The notes beneath the pieces are model-generated. The model saw nothing but the letters and a program-made list of their open reading frames with translations, was not told where the DNA came from and ran no database searches. Below are positions 9,245 through 19,461 of a stretch of 64,000 nt of DNA, in pieces (within the stretch, counting starts at the first letter, position 1; every line of letters starts with the position of its first letter). Both the position numbers and the translations under genes were made by a program. The stretch spans positions 4,594 through 68,593 of the forward strand of contig JAEUNH010000128.1 of NCBI GenBank assembly GCA_016791205.1, read 5' to 3'. Origin of the DNA: Rhodocyclaceae bacterium (GTDB taxonomy: Bacteria; Pseudomonadota; Gammaproteobacteria; Burkholderiales; Rhodocyclaceae).

Positions 9245-10426
9245 CTATCTCAGGCTGACCCATTTCAGGGGGTCGAGCGGCTGACCCATATGTCTCAATT
9301 CAAAGTATAAACCCGATTCCGGGTTGCCGCCGCTGTTGCCCACCGAGGCGATCGCCTCGCCGGAACGGACCGGTTGGCCGACGGCCTTGAACAGCGATTC
9401 GTTGTTGCCATACACGGAAAGATAGCCGTCGCCATGATCGACGATGGCCAGGTTGCCGAAGCCGCGCAGCCAGTCGGCGAAGACGATGCGACCGGGGGCG
9501 ATGGCCTTGACGTCGGTGCCGGCGGCGGCGCGGATGAAGACGCCCTTCCAGGTGGTGCCGCCCTCCTGGCGTGGAGTGCCGAAGCGGTTGGCAAGTTCCC
9601 CGCGCGCCGGCAGGGCCAGGCGCCCCTTGAGCTGGGCGAAGGCGTCCGTTCCGCCGGTCGCCTCGGGGGTGCGCTCGTTGCGCAGGACGGGGCCGCCGGC
9701 CTGGGGTGCGCGCCTGGGCCGGGCGACGATCCGGCCCAGGCCCTCGATCAGTTTCGACAGGCGCTTTTCGTCGCGCTTCAGCCGGTCGACCTCGCGGCGC
9801 TGCGCCTTGATGCGTTCGGCCAGGCGGGCCAGGGTGGCCTGGCGCTTTTTCTGCTGTTCGACCAGGCCGGCATGCTCCTGCTGCTGGCGTTTCTCGATCT
9901 CCGCCAGGGCCTCGCTCTTCTCCCGAGCCTGGCCGGCCAGGCGCTTCTTCTCGTCGAGGATTTCCCCCAGGTTGCGGATCAGCCCGGCCTTGGCGCGGGA
10001 GAGCAGGGCGAGGAAATGGGCGTCGCGGGCGAGCTGGTTGGGGTCGCTGCCGGAGAGCAGGTGGCTGAGGGCGTCGGTTTCGCCGGCGTAGTACTGGCGG
10101 GTGAACAGTCGGCCCAGCTGGGCCTGCTGGACGGCGATGCGACCGGAGAGCTTCTGCGACTGGGCGTTGAGCTGGCCCAGGGCGGCCTGGGCTTCGGAGC
10201 GCTCGGCGCCCAGTTCACGCAGCCTGCGGTTGGCCGCCGAGATGGCCTGTTCGGTCTCGCGCAGCTCCTCGGCCACGTCGGCGCGCGACTCCTCGGCCTT
10301 GGCGAGCCCCTTCTGCAGCGCCTGGATGCGGCCCTGCAGATCTTTCAGTTCCTCGCGCTTGACGTCGGTCGGGGCGGCGTGGGCGCCCGCCGCCAGCAAG
10401 AGGACGCAGAAAAGGAGACGGTTCAG
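9245..10426 (-). CDS. envC: Murein hydrolase activator EnvC family (coiled coil + M23)
   Basis: Long coiled coil, [21 protein letters not shown]; start uncertain (CTG 10426 or TTG 10399). Confidence 0.88.
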   Translation of the reverse strand: MNRLLFCVLLLAAGAHAAPTDVKREELKDLQGRIQALQKGLAKAEESRADVAEELRETEQAISAANRRLRELGAERSEAQAALGQLNAQSQKLSGRIAVQQAQLGRLFTRQYYAGETDALSHLLSGSDPNQLARDAHFLALLSRAKAGLIRNLGEILDEKKRLAGQAREKSEALAEIEKRQQQEHAGLVEQQKKRQATLARLAERIKAQRREVDRLKRDEKRLSKLIEGLGRIVARPRRAPQAGGPVLRNERTPEATGGTDAFAQLKGRLALPARGELANRFGTPRQEGGTTWKGVFIRAAAGTDVKAIAPGRIVFADWLRGFGNLAIVDHGDGYLSVYGNNESLFKAVGQPVRSGEAIASVGNSGGNPESGLYFELRHMGQPLDPLKWVSLR

Positions 10427-11178
10427 ACCTTGGCCTTGCCTTGATTGGCCACCGCCTGCATGGCGGCGGCCACGGCGGCCGGGTCGCCCAGGTAGTAGTT
10501 GCGCAGCGGCTTGAGGTCGTCGTCGAGCTCATATACCAGCGGCACCCCGGTCGGGATGTTCAGCTCGACGATGTCGGCGTCCGAGATGCCATCGAGGTAT
10601 TTCACCAAGGCCCGCAGGCTGTTGCCGTGGGCGGCGACGATGACGCTCTTGCCGGCCCTGACCGAAGGGGCGATGGTCGACTGCCAGTAGGGCAGGAAGC
10701 GGGCCACGGTGTCCTTCAGGCATTCGGTCGGGGTGGCCGCAGCGGCCCGCTCGGCGGCATAGCGCGGATTGGCCAGCTGGGCGGCCAGACGCTCGTCGCC
10801 CTGCTCCAGCGGCGGCGGCGGGGTGTCGTAGGCGCGGCGCCAGACCTTGACCTGGGCCTCGCCGTACTTCTCGGCCGTCTCGGTCTTGTTGAGCCCCTGC
10901 AGGGCGCCGTAGTGGCGCTCGTTCAGCCGCCAGGAATGCTCGACCGGGATCCACATCCGGTCCATCTCGTCGAGCACGGTCCACAGGGTGCGGATGGCGC
11001 GCTTGAGCACCGAGGTGTAGGCAATGTCGAAGGCGAAGCCGGCTTCCTTGAGCAGCTGGCCGGCCTGCTTCGCTTCGGCGCGGCCCTTGTCGGTGAGGTC
11101 GACATCGGTCCAGCCCGTGAAGCGGTTTTCCTTGTTCCAGGCCGATTCGCCATGGCGCAGCAAGACGATTTTTTTCAT
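10423..11178 (-). CDS. gpmA: 2,3-BPG-dependent phosphoglycerate mutase
   Basis: [32 protein letters not shown]. Confidence 0.97.
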   Translation of the reverse strand: MKKIVLLRHGESAWNKENRFTGWTDVDLTDKGRAEAKQAGQLLKEAGFAFDIAYTSVLKRAIRTLWTVLDEMDRMWIPVEHSWRLNERHYGALQGLNKTETAEKYGEAQVKVWRRAYDTPPPPLEQGDERLAAQLANPRYAAERAAAATPTECLKDTVARFLPYWQSTIAPSVRAGKSVIVAAHGNSLRALVKYLDGISDADIVELNIPTGVPLVYELDDDLKPLRNYYLGDPAAVAAAMQAVANQGKAKV

Positions 11179-11273
11179 GATTTCGGGAGGGGGCGCGTAG
11201 GAGGGAGTTAAACCGGCGTCTGGCCAGCATGAAAGTATTTTATAATATTCGCTGCAGCAATTGGACAGGCCCC

Positions 11274-11597
11274 GTGGACCTCATCACCGACCTCATCGAC
11301 AAGCAGGAGCACATCGAGACCGCCGCCCGGGCGCTGAAGGCGATTTCGCATCCCCTGCGCCTGAAGATCCTCTGCGTCATCGGCGACCAGGAGGCCTGCG
11401 TCCAGGAGATCGTCGACGCCGTCGGCACCTCGCAGAGCAACATCTCGCAGCATCTGGCCATCCTGCGCGACAAGGGCGTGCTGCTCACCCGCAAGGATGC
11501 CAACCGGGTCTACTACCGCGTCGGCGACCAGCGCACCCTGCAGCTGATCGTGCTGATGCGCGAAGTCTTTTGCGGCGTTCCCCACTCGAAGAAATAA
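11274..11597 (+). CDS. ArsR/SmtB-family regulator, BigR/SqrR-like
   Basis: GTG at 11274; [23 protein letters not shown]-terminal EVFC; TATAAT at 11241-11246 upstream. Confidence 0.9.
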   Translation: MDLITDLIDKQEHIETAARALKAISHPLRLKILCVIGDQEACVQEIVDAVGTSQSNISQHLAILRDKGVLLTRKDANRVYYRVGDQRTLQLIVLMREVFCGVPHSKK

Positions 11598-11608
11598 GCG
11601 GAGGCAGT

Positions 11609-12013
11609 TTGGATTTCCTCAAGGACAACCTGATGTGGGTCGGCCTTGCCGCATTCAGCGGCGGCATGTTCCTCTGGCAGACCTGGCAGGCGCGCGGCGC
11701 CGCCGTCTCGCCGATGCAGGCGACGATGATGATCAACCGCGAGGAGGCTGTCGTGGTCGACGTGCGCGAGCCGGCCGAGTATGCCGGCGGCCACATCCCG
11801 AATGCCCGCCATATCCCGCTTTCGCAGTTCGACAAGCGCCTGCCCGAGCTGGACAAGTACAAGGGACGCGCGGTCATTGTCAGCTGCGCCAGCGGCAATC
11901 GCTCCTCCTCGGCCTGCAACCGCCTGCGCCGCGCCGGCTTCGAGAAGGTGTTCAACCTCAGCGGCGGCGTTTCCGCCTGGGACCAGGCCGGCCTGCCGAT
12001 CACCAAGAAATGA
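11609..12013 (+). CDS. Membrane-anchored rhodanese-like protein
   Basis: TTG after GGAGG; N-terminal TM, VDVRE...GHIPNA, CASGNRS active-site loop. Confidence 0.9.
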   Translation: MDFLKDNLMWVGLAAFSGGMFLWQTWQARGAAVSPMQATMMINREEAVVVDVREPAEYAGGHIPNARHIPLSQFDKRLPELDKYKGRAVIVSCASGNRSSSACNRLRRAGFEKVFNLSGGVSAWDQAGLPITKK

Positions 12014-12273
12014 CCGCCAAAATCCTCATGTACTCGACGGCGGTGTGCCCGTATTGCGTGCGCGCCGAGCAGCTGCTCAAAAGCAAGGGTGTCACCGAGA
12101 TCGAGAAGGTGCGCGTCGACCTCGACCCGGCCCGCCGCGAGGAGATGATGCAGAAGACCGGCCGCCGCACCGTGCCGCAGATCTATATCGGCGAGCGCCA
12201 CGTCGGCGGCTGCGACGAACTCTACGCCCTGGACCGCGCCGGCGAGCTGGAGCCGCTGCTGCGCGGGGCCTGA
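12010..12273 (+). CDS. grxC: Glutaredoxin 3
   Basis: CPYC, RTVPQIYI, GGCD. Confidence 0.95.
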   Translation: MTAKILMYSTAVCPYCVRAEQLLKSKGVTEIEKVRVDLDPARREEMMQKTGRRTVPQIYIGERHVGGCDELYALDRAGELEPLLRGA

Positions 12274-12321
12274 TCCCTTTCCAACCGCTTTTCCATCGAT
12301 TCATTGACCCGGCCTTCCATC

Positions 12322-12783
12322 ATGTCCGAAACCGAACAGCCCGTTTTTTCCATCGAGAAGATCTTCGTCAAGGATCTCTCCCTCGAAGTCCCCAACGCCC
12401 CGCAGATCTTCCTCGACCGGGATCCGCCCCAGGTCGAGGTCGGTCTGCAGTCCGAGGCCGGCGGCCTCGGCGACGGCGTCTTCGAGGTGGTGCTGACCGT
12501 CACTGTCACCGCCCGGCTGGGCGAGAAGACGGTGTTCCTGGTCGAAGCCGCCCAGGCCGGCATCTTCCAGGTCCGCAACGTGCCGGAGGAGGAGCTGGAG
12601 CCGGTGCTGGCCATCGCCTGCCCGAACATCCTCTTCCCCTATGCGCGCGAGACGGTGTCCGACATCATCAACCGCGCCGGCTTCCAGCCGATCCTGCTGG
12701 CCCCGGTGAACTTCGAAGCCCTCTACCGCCAGCGCCTGGAGCAGCAGGCCCAGCAGCAGCCGGGCGAGATACCGATCCAGTAA
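12322..12783 (+). CDS. secB: Protein-export chaperone SecB
   Basis: KIFVKDLSLEVPNAP, CPNILFPYARE. Confidence 0.97.
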   Translation: MSETEQPVFSIEKIFVKDLSLEVPNAPQIFLDRDPPQVEVGLQSEAGGLGDGVFEVVLTVTVTARLGEKTVFLVEAAQAGIFQVRNVPEEELEPVLAIACPNILFPYARETVSDIINRAGFQPILLAPVNFEALYRQRLEQQAQQQPGEIPIQ

Positions 12784-12787
12784 GACA

Positions 12788-13225
12788 ATGCGCCGCCTCG
12801 CCGTCCTAGGGGGACTGACTTTTCTGGCGGCGTCCGCCTGGGCGCTGGAGTACCGCTCGGTCGCCGAAGCCGGCGCGGTGATGTTCGATGCCCCCTCGCA
12901 GAAGGCCCGCCCGCTGTTCGTCGTGGCCCGCGGGACGCCGGTGGAACTGGTGGTCAGCCTCGGCGAATGGCTCAAGGTGCGCGACGCCGCCGGCGACCTT
13001 GCCTGGATGGAAAGAAAAACCCTCGCCGAACAGCGCATGCTGATCGTCACCGCCCGCAGCGCCGAAGTGCGGGCCCAGGCCGAGGCCGGCGCTGCGCTGG
13101 TGTTCGAGGCCGAGAAGGACGTGGTCCTGGAACTCCTCGAAGCCGGCCCGCCGGGCTGGGCCAGGGTGCGCCATCGCGACGGCCAGTCCGGTTTCGTCCG
13201 CGCGAACCAGGTCTGGGGTCTCTGA
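12788..13225 (+). CDS. Exported bacterial SH3-domain protein
   Basis: Signal peptide, two SH3b-like repeats (WLKVRD, WARVRH); secB-SH3-gpsA synteny. Confidence 0.85.
   Translation: MRRLAVLGGLTFLAASAWALEYRSVAEAGAVMFDAPSQKARPLFVVARGTPVELVVSLGEWLKVRDAAGDLAWMERKTLAEQRMLIVTARSAEVRAQAEAGAALVFEAEKDVVLELLEAGPPGWARVRHRDGQSGFVRANQVWGL
12799..12823 (+). repeat. Dispersed 25-bp motif, copy 3, degenerate (CGCCGTCCTAGGGGGACTGACTTTT)
   Basis: Same spacing of CGCCGT and GACYGACTTTT; 2 mismatches to consensus. Confidence 0.7.
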
Positions 13226-13232
13226 CCGTCCC

Positions 13233-14219
13233 ATGAGAATCGCCGTCCTCGGCGCGGGCGCATGGGGAACGGCATTGGCCATCGCCTTTTCGCGCCGTCA
13301 TGAAGTGACGCTCTGGGTTCGCGACCGAGCCCAGGCGGCCGCCATGCAGGCGGGCCGCGTCAATGCCCGCTATCTCCCCGGCTGTACCCTGCCCGACAGC
13401 CTCGGCATCGGCTCGGATTTCAGCGTCGCAGGAGACAGCGAGCTGAACCTCGTCGCGACACCGCTTGCCGGCCTGCGCGCCACCCTACGCCAGCTGCGCG
13501 CGGTGGCGCCCGCCATCCCCGTGCTGTGGGCCTGCAAGGGGCTGGAGGCGGGCAGCCAGCTGCTGCCGCATCAGATTGTCGCCGAGGAGCTGGGGCGGAC
13601 GGTGCTCTGCGGGGCGCTTACCGGGCCCAGTTTCGCCGAGGAAGTGGCCCGGGGCCTGCCCACCGCCATCACCCTGGCGGCGGCCGACGGCGGGTTCGCC
13701 GGAAGCATGGCCCAGGCCCTGCACAACGCGCGGCTGCGCATCTACGCAAACCAGGACGTGGTCGGTGCCGAGGTCGGCGGCGCGCTGAAGAACGTGATGG
13801 CCATCGCCGCCGGCATTTCCGACGGCATGGGCTTCGGCCTGAATGCCCGCGCGGCATTGATCACCCGCGGCCTGGCCGAGATCAGCCGCCTCGGCATGGC
13901 CCTGGGCGGGCGGATGGAGACCTTCATGGGCCTGGCCGGCATGGGCGACCTGATCCTGACCTGCACCGGCGACCTGTCGCGCAACCGCCGCGTCGGACTG
14001 GAACTGGCGAAGGGACTGTCCCTGGAGCAGATCCTGCGCGAACTCGGCCACACCGCCGAGGGGGTCTCCAGCGCCCGCGAGGTGGCGCTGCTGGCCGGGC
14101 GCCTCGGCATCGAGATGCCGATCACCCAGGCCGTCCACAGCGTCCTCTACGAAGCCGTGCCCGCCAGCCAGGCGGTCGAGCAACTGCTCAGCCGCGACAC
14201 CCGGCCGGAAGGCACTTAA
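13233..14219 (+). CDS. gpsA: NAD(P)H-dependent glycerol-3-phosphate dehydrogenase
   Basis: [35 protein letters not shown]. Confidence 0.97.
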   Translation: MRIAVLGAGAWGTALAIAFSRRHEVTLWVRDRAQAAAMQAGRVNARYLPGCTLPDSLGIGSDFSVAGDSELNLVATPLAGLRATLRQLRAVAPAIPVLWACKGLEAGSQLLPHQIVAEELGRTVLCGALTGPSFAEEVARGLPTAITLAAADGGFAGSMAQALHNARLRIYANQDVVGAEVGGALKNVMAIAAGISDGMGFGLNARAALITRGLAEISRLGMALGGRMETFMGLAGMGDLILTCTGDLSRNRRVGLELAKGLSLEQILRELGHTAEGVSSAREVALLAGRLGIEMPITQAVHSVLYEAVPASQAVEQLLSRDTRPEGT

Positions 14220-14680
14220 TCGCTCCCTGCATAGCCATTCTGTCGCCAGGCCTCGAACACCAGCACCGCCACGGCGTTGGAGAGGTTCAGGCTGCGGTTG
14301 CCTTTCACCATGGGCAGGCGCAGGCGCTGCCCGGGAGGAGCAGCGTCCAGCATCTCGGCCGGCAGGCCGCGGGTCTCCGGGCCGAAGACGAAGGCGTCGC
14401 CGGGCTCATAGCGGGGCGCGTCGAAGCGCGTCCCGCCCCGGGTGCTGACCAGGAACAGCCGGCTGCCGCGCAATGCTTCCCGGCAATCCAGCCAGTTCTC
14501 GTGCACCTTCACCTCGGCCAAATCGTGGTAATCGAGGCCGGCCCGCGCCAGATGCCGGTCCTGCAGATTGAAGCCGAGCGGCTTCACCAGATGCAGTTTT
14601 GTGCCGGTATTAGCGGTAAGGCGGATGACGTTTCCGGCATTGCCGGGGATTTCGGGCTGGAAGAGGACGACATGAAACAC
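14216..14680 (-). CDS. trmL: tRNA (cytidine/uridine-34-2'-O)-methyltransferase
   Basis: [30 protein letters not shown]. Confidence 0.95.
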   Translation of the reverse strand: MFHVVLFQPEIPGNAGNVIRLTANTGTKLHLVKPLGFNLQDRHLARAGLDYHDLAEVKVHENWLDCREALRGSRLFLVSTRGGTRFDAPRYEPGDAFVFGPETRGLPAEMLDAAPPGQRLRLPMVKGNRSLNLSNAVAVLVFEAWRQNGYAGSD

Positions 14681-14772
14681 TTGAAAGCCTTGTGGAATAG
14701 GGGTAATTTTGCCTATGTTTTGCGATGTTACGTCGTTTTTCAGATAAACGAGTTTAACTTTATTGGGGTTTC

Positions 14773-16476
14773 ATGGCGCGTCCGGAAAAATTTCGTTTAG
14801 GCGAAATCCTGGTCCAGCAGAATCTGCTCAGCCAGGATCAGTTGCAAGCAGCGCTGGACGAACAGAAGAAAACCGGTCGCAAGCTGGGGCGGGTTTTCGT
14901 AGACAAGGGCTTCGTCACTGAGGAACAGATTTCCGAGGCGATCGCCCGGCAGATCAACGCCCCCTATATCAACCTCAAGTATTTCAACATCAAGCCGGCC
15001 ATGGTGCGCCTGCTGCCCGAAGCCCAGGCGCGGCGCTTCCGCGCCCTGGTGCTGGAGCAGCGGGACAATGCGGTCCGCGTCGGCTTCGCCGACCCGACCG
15101 ACCTGTTCGCCTACGACGAGGTGGCGCGCATCCTCAAGCGCGACATCGACATCGCCGTCGTCACAGAGAGCCAGCTGCTGGAGGCCGTTGACAGGGTCTA
15201 TCAGCGCACCGAAGAAATCAGCGGCCTGGCCAAGGAGCTGACGGCCGAACTGGGCGAGGGCGCGGTCGATCTCGGCGCGCTGGCCCTCACGCCCGGGCTG
15301 GAAGAGGCGCCGGTCGTCAAGCTGCTGCAGTCCGTCTTCGAGGCCGCCACCCAGGTGCGCGCCTCGGACATCCACATCGAACCGCAGGAGCGTTCCCTGG
15401 TGATCCGCTTCCGCATCGACGGGGTGATGCACGTCCAGACCGAGGCCGACATGAAGATCGCCACGGCCCTGGTGCTGCGCCTGAAGCTGATGTCGGGCCT
15501 GGACATTTCCGAGAAGCGGCTGCCGCAGGACGGGCGCTTCAACGTCAAGGTGAAAAACATCGCCATCGACGTCCGCATCTCGACCATGCCGACGCAGCAT
15601 GGCGAGTCGGTGGTGATGCGCCTGCTCAACCAGGGCGCCGGCATGCTGCGGCTGGAACACCTGGGCATGCCGCCGCCCATCCTGGAGCGCCTGCGGCTGG
15701 CTGTGCATCGGTCGAGCGGCATGGTGCTGGTGACCGGCCCCACCGGCAGCGGCAAGACCACCACGCTCTACGCCGCCCTGGCCGAGATCAACACCACCGA
15801 AAAGAAGATCATCACCGTCGAGGACCCTGTCGAATACCGCCTGCCGGGCATCAACCAGGTGCAGGTCAACGACAAGATCGAGCTCAGCTTCGAGCGGGTG
15901 CTGCGCTCGGCCCTGCGCCAGGACCCGGACGTGATCCTGGTCGGCGAGATGCGCGACCAGACCACCGCCGAGATCGGCCTGCGCGCCGCCATGACTGGCC
16001 ACATGGTGCTCTCCACCCTGCACACCAACGACGCCGCCAGCACCCCGATCCGTCTGCTCGACATGGGCGTGCCGCGCTACATGGTGGCGATGTCGCTGCA
16101 TATCGTCATCGCCCAGCGCCTGTTGCGCACCCTCTGCGAGCGCTGCGCCCGGCCGCGGCGGCTGACGCCCCAGGAGCACGAATGGCTGCGGGTGGAGATC
16201 GGCGACGAGGTGGATCGGCACGAATACCGCGAGGGCGCCGGCTGCTCGCACTGCAACGGCACCGGCTTTCTCGGCCGCACCGGCATCTACGAGATGCTGG
16301 AGATGAGCGCGCCGGTGGTGGAGGCCGCCAACCGGGAGGATCCCGCCGAGTTCATCCGCGCCGCCCGCGAGCAGATGGCCCACCATACGCTGCGCCGGGA
16401 CGCCATCCGCACCGTGATCGAAGGACGCACCACGGTGCATGAGGCCATGCGCACCACCAGCCAGTACGAGGAGTAG
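14773..16476 (+). CDS. mshE: MSHA-type pilus assembly ATPase with MshEN domain
   Basis: RLGEIL...KLGRVF tandem motif, GPTGSGKTT, LRQDPDVILVGEMRD, CxxC pairs. Confidence 0.92.
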   Translation: MARPEKFRLGEILVQQNLLSQDQLQAALDEQKKTGRKLGRVFVDKGFVTEEQISEAIARQINAPYINLKYFNIKPAMVRLLPEAQARRFRALVLEQRDNAVRVGFADPTDLFAYDEVARILKRDIDIAVVTESQLLEAVDRVYQRTEEISGLAKELTAELGEGAVDLGALALTPGLEEAPVVKLLQSVFEAATQVRASDIHIEPQERSLVIRFRIDGVMHVQTEADMKIATALVLRLKLMSGLDISEKRLPQDGRFNVKVKNIAIDVRISTMPTQHGESVVMRLLNQGAGMLRLEHLGMPPPILERLRLAVHRSSGMVLVTGPTGSGKTTTLYAALAEINTTEKKIITVEDPVEYRLPGINQVQVNDKIELSFERVLRSALRQDPDVILVGEMRDQTTAEIGLRAAMTGHMVLSTLHTNDAASTPIRLLDMGVPRYMVAMSLHIVIAQRLLRTLCERCARPRRLTPQEHEWLRVEIGDEVDRHEYREGAGCSHCNGTGFLGRTGIYEMLEMSAPVVEAANREDPAEFIRAAREQMAHHTLRRDAIRTVIEGRTTVHEAMRTTSQYEE

Positions 16477-16483
16477 CCGGGCC

Positions 16484-17710
16484 GTGCCGCACTTCGCCTA
16501 CATCGGCCGCAACGCCCAGGGCGCCCGGGTCGAGGGGGTCATGGAGAGCGCCAGCGGCGCCATCCTCGCCTCGCATCTGGCCGAAAGCGGCATTATCCCG
16601 ATCCAGATTTCAGAATCGGCGCAGCCGACCGAGGCGCTGGGCAAGCAGCTGGCCCGTCTGATGGACCGGCAGAAGGCCGGCTTCCTCGACGTGCTGCTGT
16701 TCAGCCGGCAGATGCACACCCTGATGAAGGCCGGCGTGCCGATCATGCGCGCCCTGGCCGGACTGCAGGAGTCGGCCATGAACCGTGCCTTCGCCGCCGT
16801 CATCAAGGATCTGCGCGAGGCGCTCGATTCCGGCCGCGAGCTGTCGCAGGCCCTGGCCCGCAATCCGAAGGTCTTCGGCCCGTTCTATGTCGCGATGATC
16901 CGCGTCGGCGAGACCACCGGCAGGCTGGAGGAGGTCTTCCTCAGGCTGTTCCACCATCTCGAGTTCCAGAAGTTCATGAAGGACCAGGTCAAGGCGGCAT
17001 TGCGCTACCCGATGTTCGTGATGCTGGCGATGGCCATCGCCCTGGTGATCATCAACCTCTTCGTCATTCCGGCCTTCGCCAAGGTGTTCAAGAACCTCAA
17101 CACCGAGCTGCCGCTGATGACCAGGGTTCTGATCGGCTTTTCCGACTTCACCCTGGCCTGGTGGCCGGCCATCCTGCTGGGCCTGGCCGCCGCGGTGGTC
17201 GGCTTCAGGAGCTTCGTCGGGACGGCCGAAGGACGGCGCACCTGGGACCGCCTCAAGCTGAAGATTCCGGTGGCCGGCAAGATCATCCGCAAGGCGACGC
17301 TGGCCCGCTTTGCCCGCAGCTTCGCCCTGGCCTTGAAGAGCGGGGTGCCGATCGTGCAGAGCCTGAGCCTGGTCGGGCAGGTGGTGGAGAACGAGTTCGT
17401 CTCCAGGAAGCTCGAGGACATGCGGATGGGCGTCGAGCGCGGCGAGAGCGTGCTGCGCACGGCCATCGCGTCGGCCATCTTCACTCCCGTGGTGCTGCAG
17501 ATGGTGATGGTCGGCGAGGAGTCCGGCTCGCTCGACGACATGATGGAAGAGATCGCCGACATGTACCAGCGGGAAGTGGAATACGAACTGAAGACCCTGT
17601 CCTCGCAGATCGAGCCGATCATGATCCTGATCCTCGGCGTGCTGGTATTGATCCTCGCCCTGGGCGTGTTCCTGCCGATGTGGGACCTGGGCAAGGCGAT
17701 GATCAAGTAA
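16484..17710 (+). CDS. mshG: Pilus platform protein (T2SS F/PilC family)
   Basis: FSRQMHTLMKAGVP, ALRYP, VGEESG, FLPMWDL. Confidence 0.9.
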   Translation: MPHFAYIGRNAQGARVEGVMESASGAILASHLAESGIIPIQISESAQPTEALGKQLARLMDRQKAGFLDVLLFSRQMHTLMKAGVPIMRALAGLQESAMNRAFAAVIKDLREALDSGRELSQALARNPKVFGPFYVAMIRVGETTGRLEEVFLRLFHHLEFQKFMKDQVKAALRYPMFVMLAMAIALVIINLFVIPAFAKVFKNLNTELPLMTRVLIGFSDFTLAWWPAILLGLAAAVVGFRSFVGTAEGRRTWDRLKLKIPVAGKIIRKATLARFARSFALALKSGVPIVQSLSLVGQVVENEFVSRKLEDMRMGVERGESVLRTAIASAIFTPVVLQMVMVGEESGSLDDMMEEIADMYQREVEYELKTLSSQIEPIMILILGVLVLILALGVFLPMWDLGKAMIK

Positions 17711-17738
17711 TCGGTCGGATGACCGCAAATCGACATCC

Positions 17739-18290
17739 GTGACGAGGAACCGACAAGGCTGGCGGCCGGCGGCCGGCGCGGTGCGGCAGGGGCGTGAATT
17801 AATTCACGCGCGGCGATACGGCGGGATCAGCCTGCTGGAACTGGTCGTGGCGCTGGCGGTGCTGTCGGTGCTGGGCTATTTCCTGCTGAAGGGGATCGCC
17901 TATGTCCAGGAAGCGGCGGAACAGACGGCGATGGAGCGCACGGTTTCCGCCCTCGAATTCGGCCTGCGCTACGAGGCGGCGAGCCGGGTGGCCGGCGGTA
18001 GGCAGCGGGACAAGGCAGAGCTGGCGCGACTGAATCCGATGCAATGGCTGGCGCGGCCGCCCGAGAATTACCTCGGCGAGCTGCAGCAGGCGCCCGACGG
18101 CGCCAAGGCGCGCGGCAGCTGGTATTTCGATCCGGAGAAGCGGGAAGTGGTGTACCGGTTGCGGTTCGACGAACATTTCCGCCCCGCCCGCAAGGGCTCG
18201 GCCGAACTGCGCTGGCAGGTGGTGGTCGAGGGGCCGGAAGCGACCGGCGGTGCCGCCCTGAGGCTGCTTACGCCCTACGAATGGTTTTGA
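17739..18290 (+). CDS. Pilin-like protein in the MshF position
   Basis: G|ISLLELVV prepilin motif; NPMQWL...YLGE; start uncertain. Confidence 0.75.
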   Translation: MTRNRQGWRPAAGAVRQGRELIHARRYGGISLLELVVALAVLSVLGYFLLKGIAYVQEAAEQTAMERTVSALEFGLRYEAASRVAGGRQRDKAELARLNPMQWLARPPENYLGELQQAPDGAKARGSWYFDPEKREVVYRLRFDEHFRPARKGSAELRWQVVVEGPEATGGAALRLLTPYEWF

Positions 18291-18294
18291 TTCT

Positions 18295-18310
18295 TGGCAT
18301 GGAGTGTGCT
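18295..18310 (+). promoter_or_regulatory. Sigma54 (-24/-12) promoter upstream of the major pilin
   Basis: TGGCATGGAGTGTGCT: GG-N10-GC, 52 bp before the pilin ATG. Confidence 0.65.
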
Positions 18311-18362
18311 TTTATATCCACAAGGGCCCGATCGAGGCCATAACTTACTAGACGGAGCGTGT

Positions 18363-18905
18363 ATGAAAAAACTCAAAGGTTTCACCCTGATCGAACTGGT
18401 GGTGGTGATCACCATCCTCGGCATCCTGGCCGCGGTGGCGCTGCCCCGCTTCACCAACCTGACCCGCGATGCCCGGATTGCCAAGCTGAATGCGGCGCGC
18501 GGCGCGGTGAACGCTTCCGCTGCGCTGATCCACGGGACTTTTCTGGCACGGGGCGGTGTAGTCGATACCGTCGCTTGCGCGGCGCCAGGATTCGGACCGA
18601 ACCCGGCCAACAACACGACCAACATTTGCACGGAATCCGGCCGAGTCTCCATCGTTAACGGCTATCCGACGGCCGATCTGGCCGGCATCGTCTCGTCCGC
18701 CGGTCTGACCAGCATTTTCCCCGCGACTGGTCTCGATCTGGCAGCCAACGGGTTTGCGATTGTTGGCGGCGGCGGCGGCGCCGGCGCCGTGCTGACCATC
18801 CAGGTCACCGGGAACGTGCCGGCGACCTGCTTCTTTACGTATACCGCGCCCGCTGCAGCGGGAACCGCCGCCGCCGTCAGCGCGACGACCGTGACCGGCT
18901 GCTGA
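18363..18905 (+). CDS. mshA: Major type IV pilin, MshA-like
   Basis: MKKLKG|FTLIELVVVITILGILAAVALPRF, NGYPTA, C-terminal C...TGC. Confidence 0.88.
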   Translation: MKKLKGFTLIELVVVITILGILAAVALPRFTNLTRDARIAKLNAARGAVNASAALIHGTFLARGGVVDTVACAAPGFGPNPANNTTNICTESGRVSIVNGYPTADLAGIVSSAGLTSIFPATGLDLAANGFAIVGGGGGAGAVLTIQVTGNVPATCFFTYTAPAAAGTAAAVSATTVTGC

Positions 18906-18960
18906 TGCGCATCCGGGCCGGCAGGCCGCCGGCCCGGGACCTTGCCCAGTGTCACGCCGT

Positions 18961-19461
18961 ATGAAACATGACGGTGCGAAGCGACTCCATTCAGGCTTCA
19001 CCACGGTCGAGCTGATCACGGTCATCGTCGTGCTCGGCATCCTGGCCGCCCTGGGCATGCCGCGCCTGACCGCCCGCAATGTCTTCGACGAGCGGGGTTA
19101 TTTCGACCAGGTCCGCAGCGCCCTGCGCTACGCCCAGAAGACCGCCGTGGCCAAGCGCCGCGAAGTGTGCGTGACGCTTGCCGCCGGCAGCGTTGCGCTG
19201 ACCTATAATCCGGCGCCGGGAGCGGTGGCCGGCTGCGGCGGATTCGCCGCCGTGAATTTGCCCGGTACGACCGATCCCTATGCCCTGCCGGCGCCGGCGG
19301 GAGTGGCCATCGCGCCGCCCGCGGTTCCCGTCTTCAAGTTCAATGCCCTGGGCCAGCCGGTGACGCCTGCCGGCGTCTTGCTGCCGGCCCAGGTGGTCAC
19401 GGTGACGGGCACGGCGGCCTTTGCCATGACCGTTGCCGCCAATACCGGCTATGTCTTCTGA
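18961..19461 (+). CDS. mshC: Minor pilin, MshC-like
   Basis: G|FTTVELITVIVVLGIL, LRYAQKTA, FNALG. Confidence 0.8.
   Translation: MKHDGAKRLHSGFTTVELITVIVVLGILAALGMPRLTARNVFDERGYFDQVRSALRYAQKTAVAKRREVCVTLAAGSVALTYNPAPGAVAGCGGFAAVNLPGTTDPYALPAPAGVAIAPPAVPVFKFNALGQPVTPAGVLLPAQVVTVTGTAAFAMTVAANTGYVF

Noticed and set aside
18518-18542. GACTTTT in mshA as a possible motif copy
   Set aside because: About eight mismatches to the consensus; AGACY box absent.
18765-18779. (GGC)5 run in mshA
   Set aside because: In-frame Gly linker using the preferred codon; no evidence of variation.
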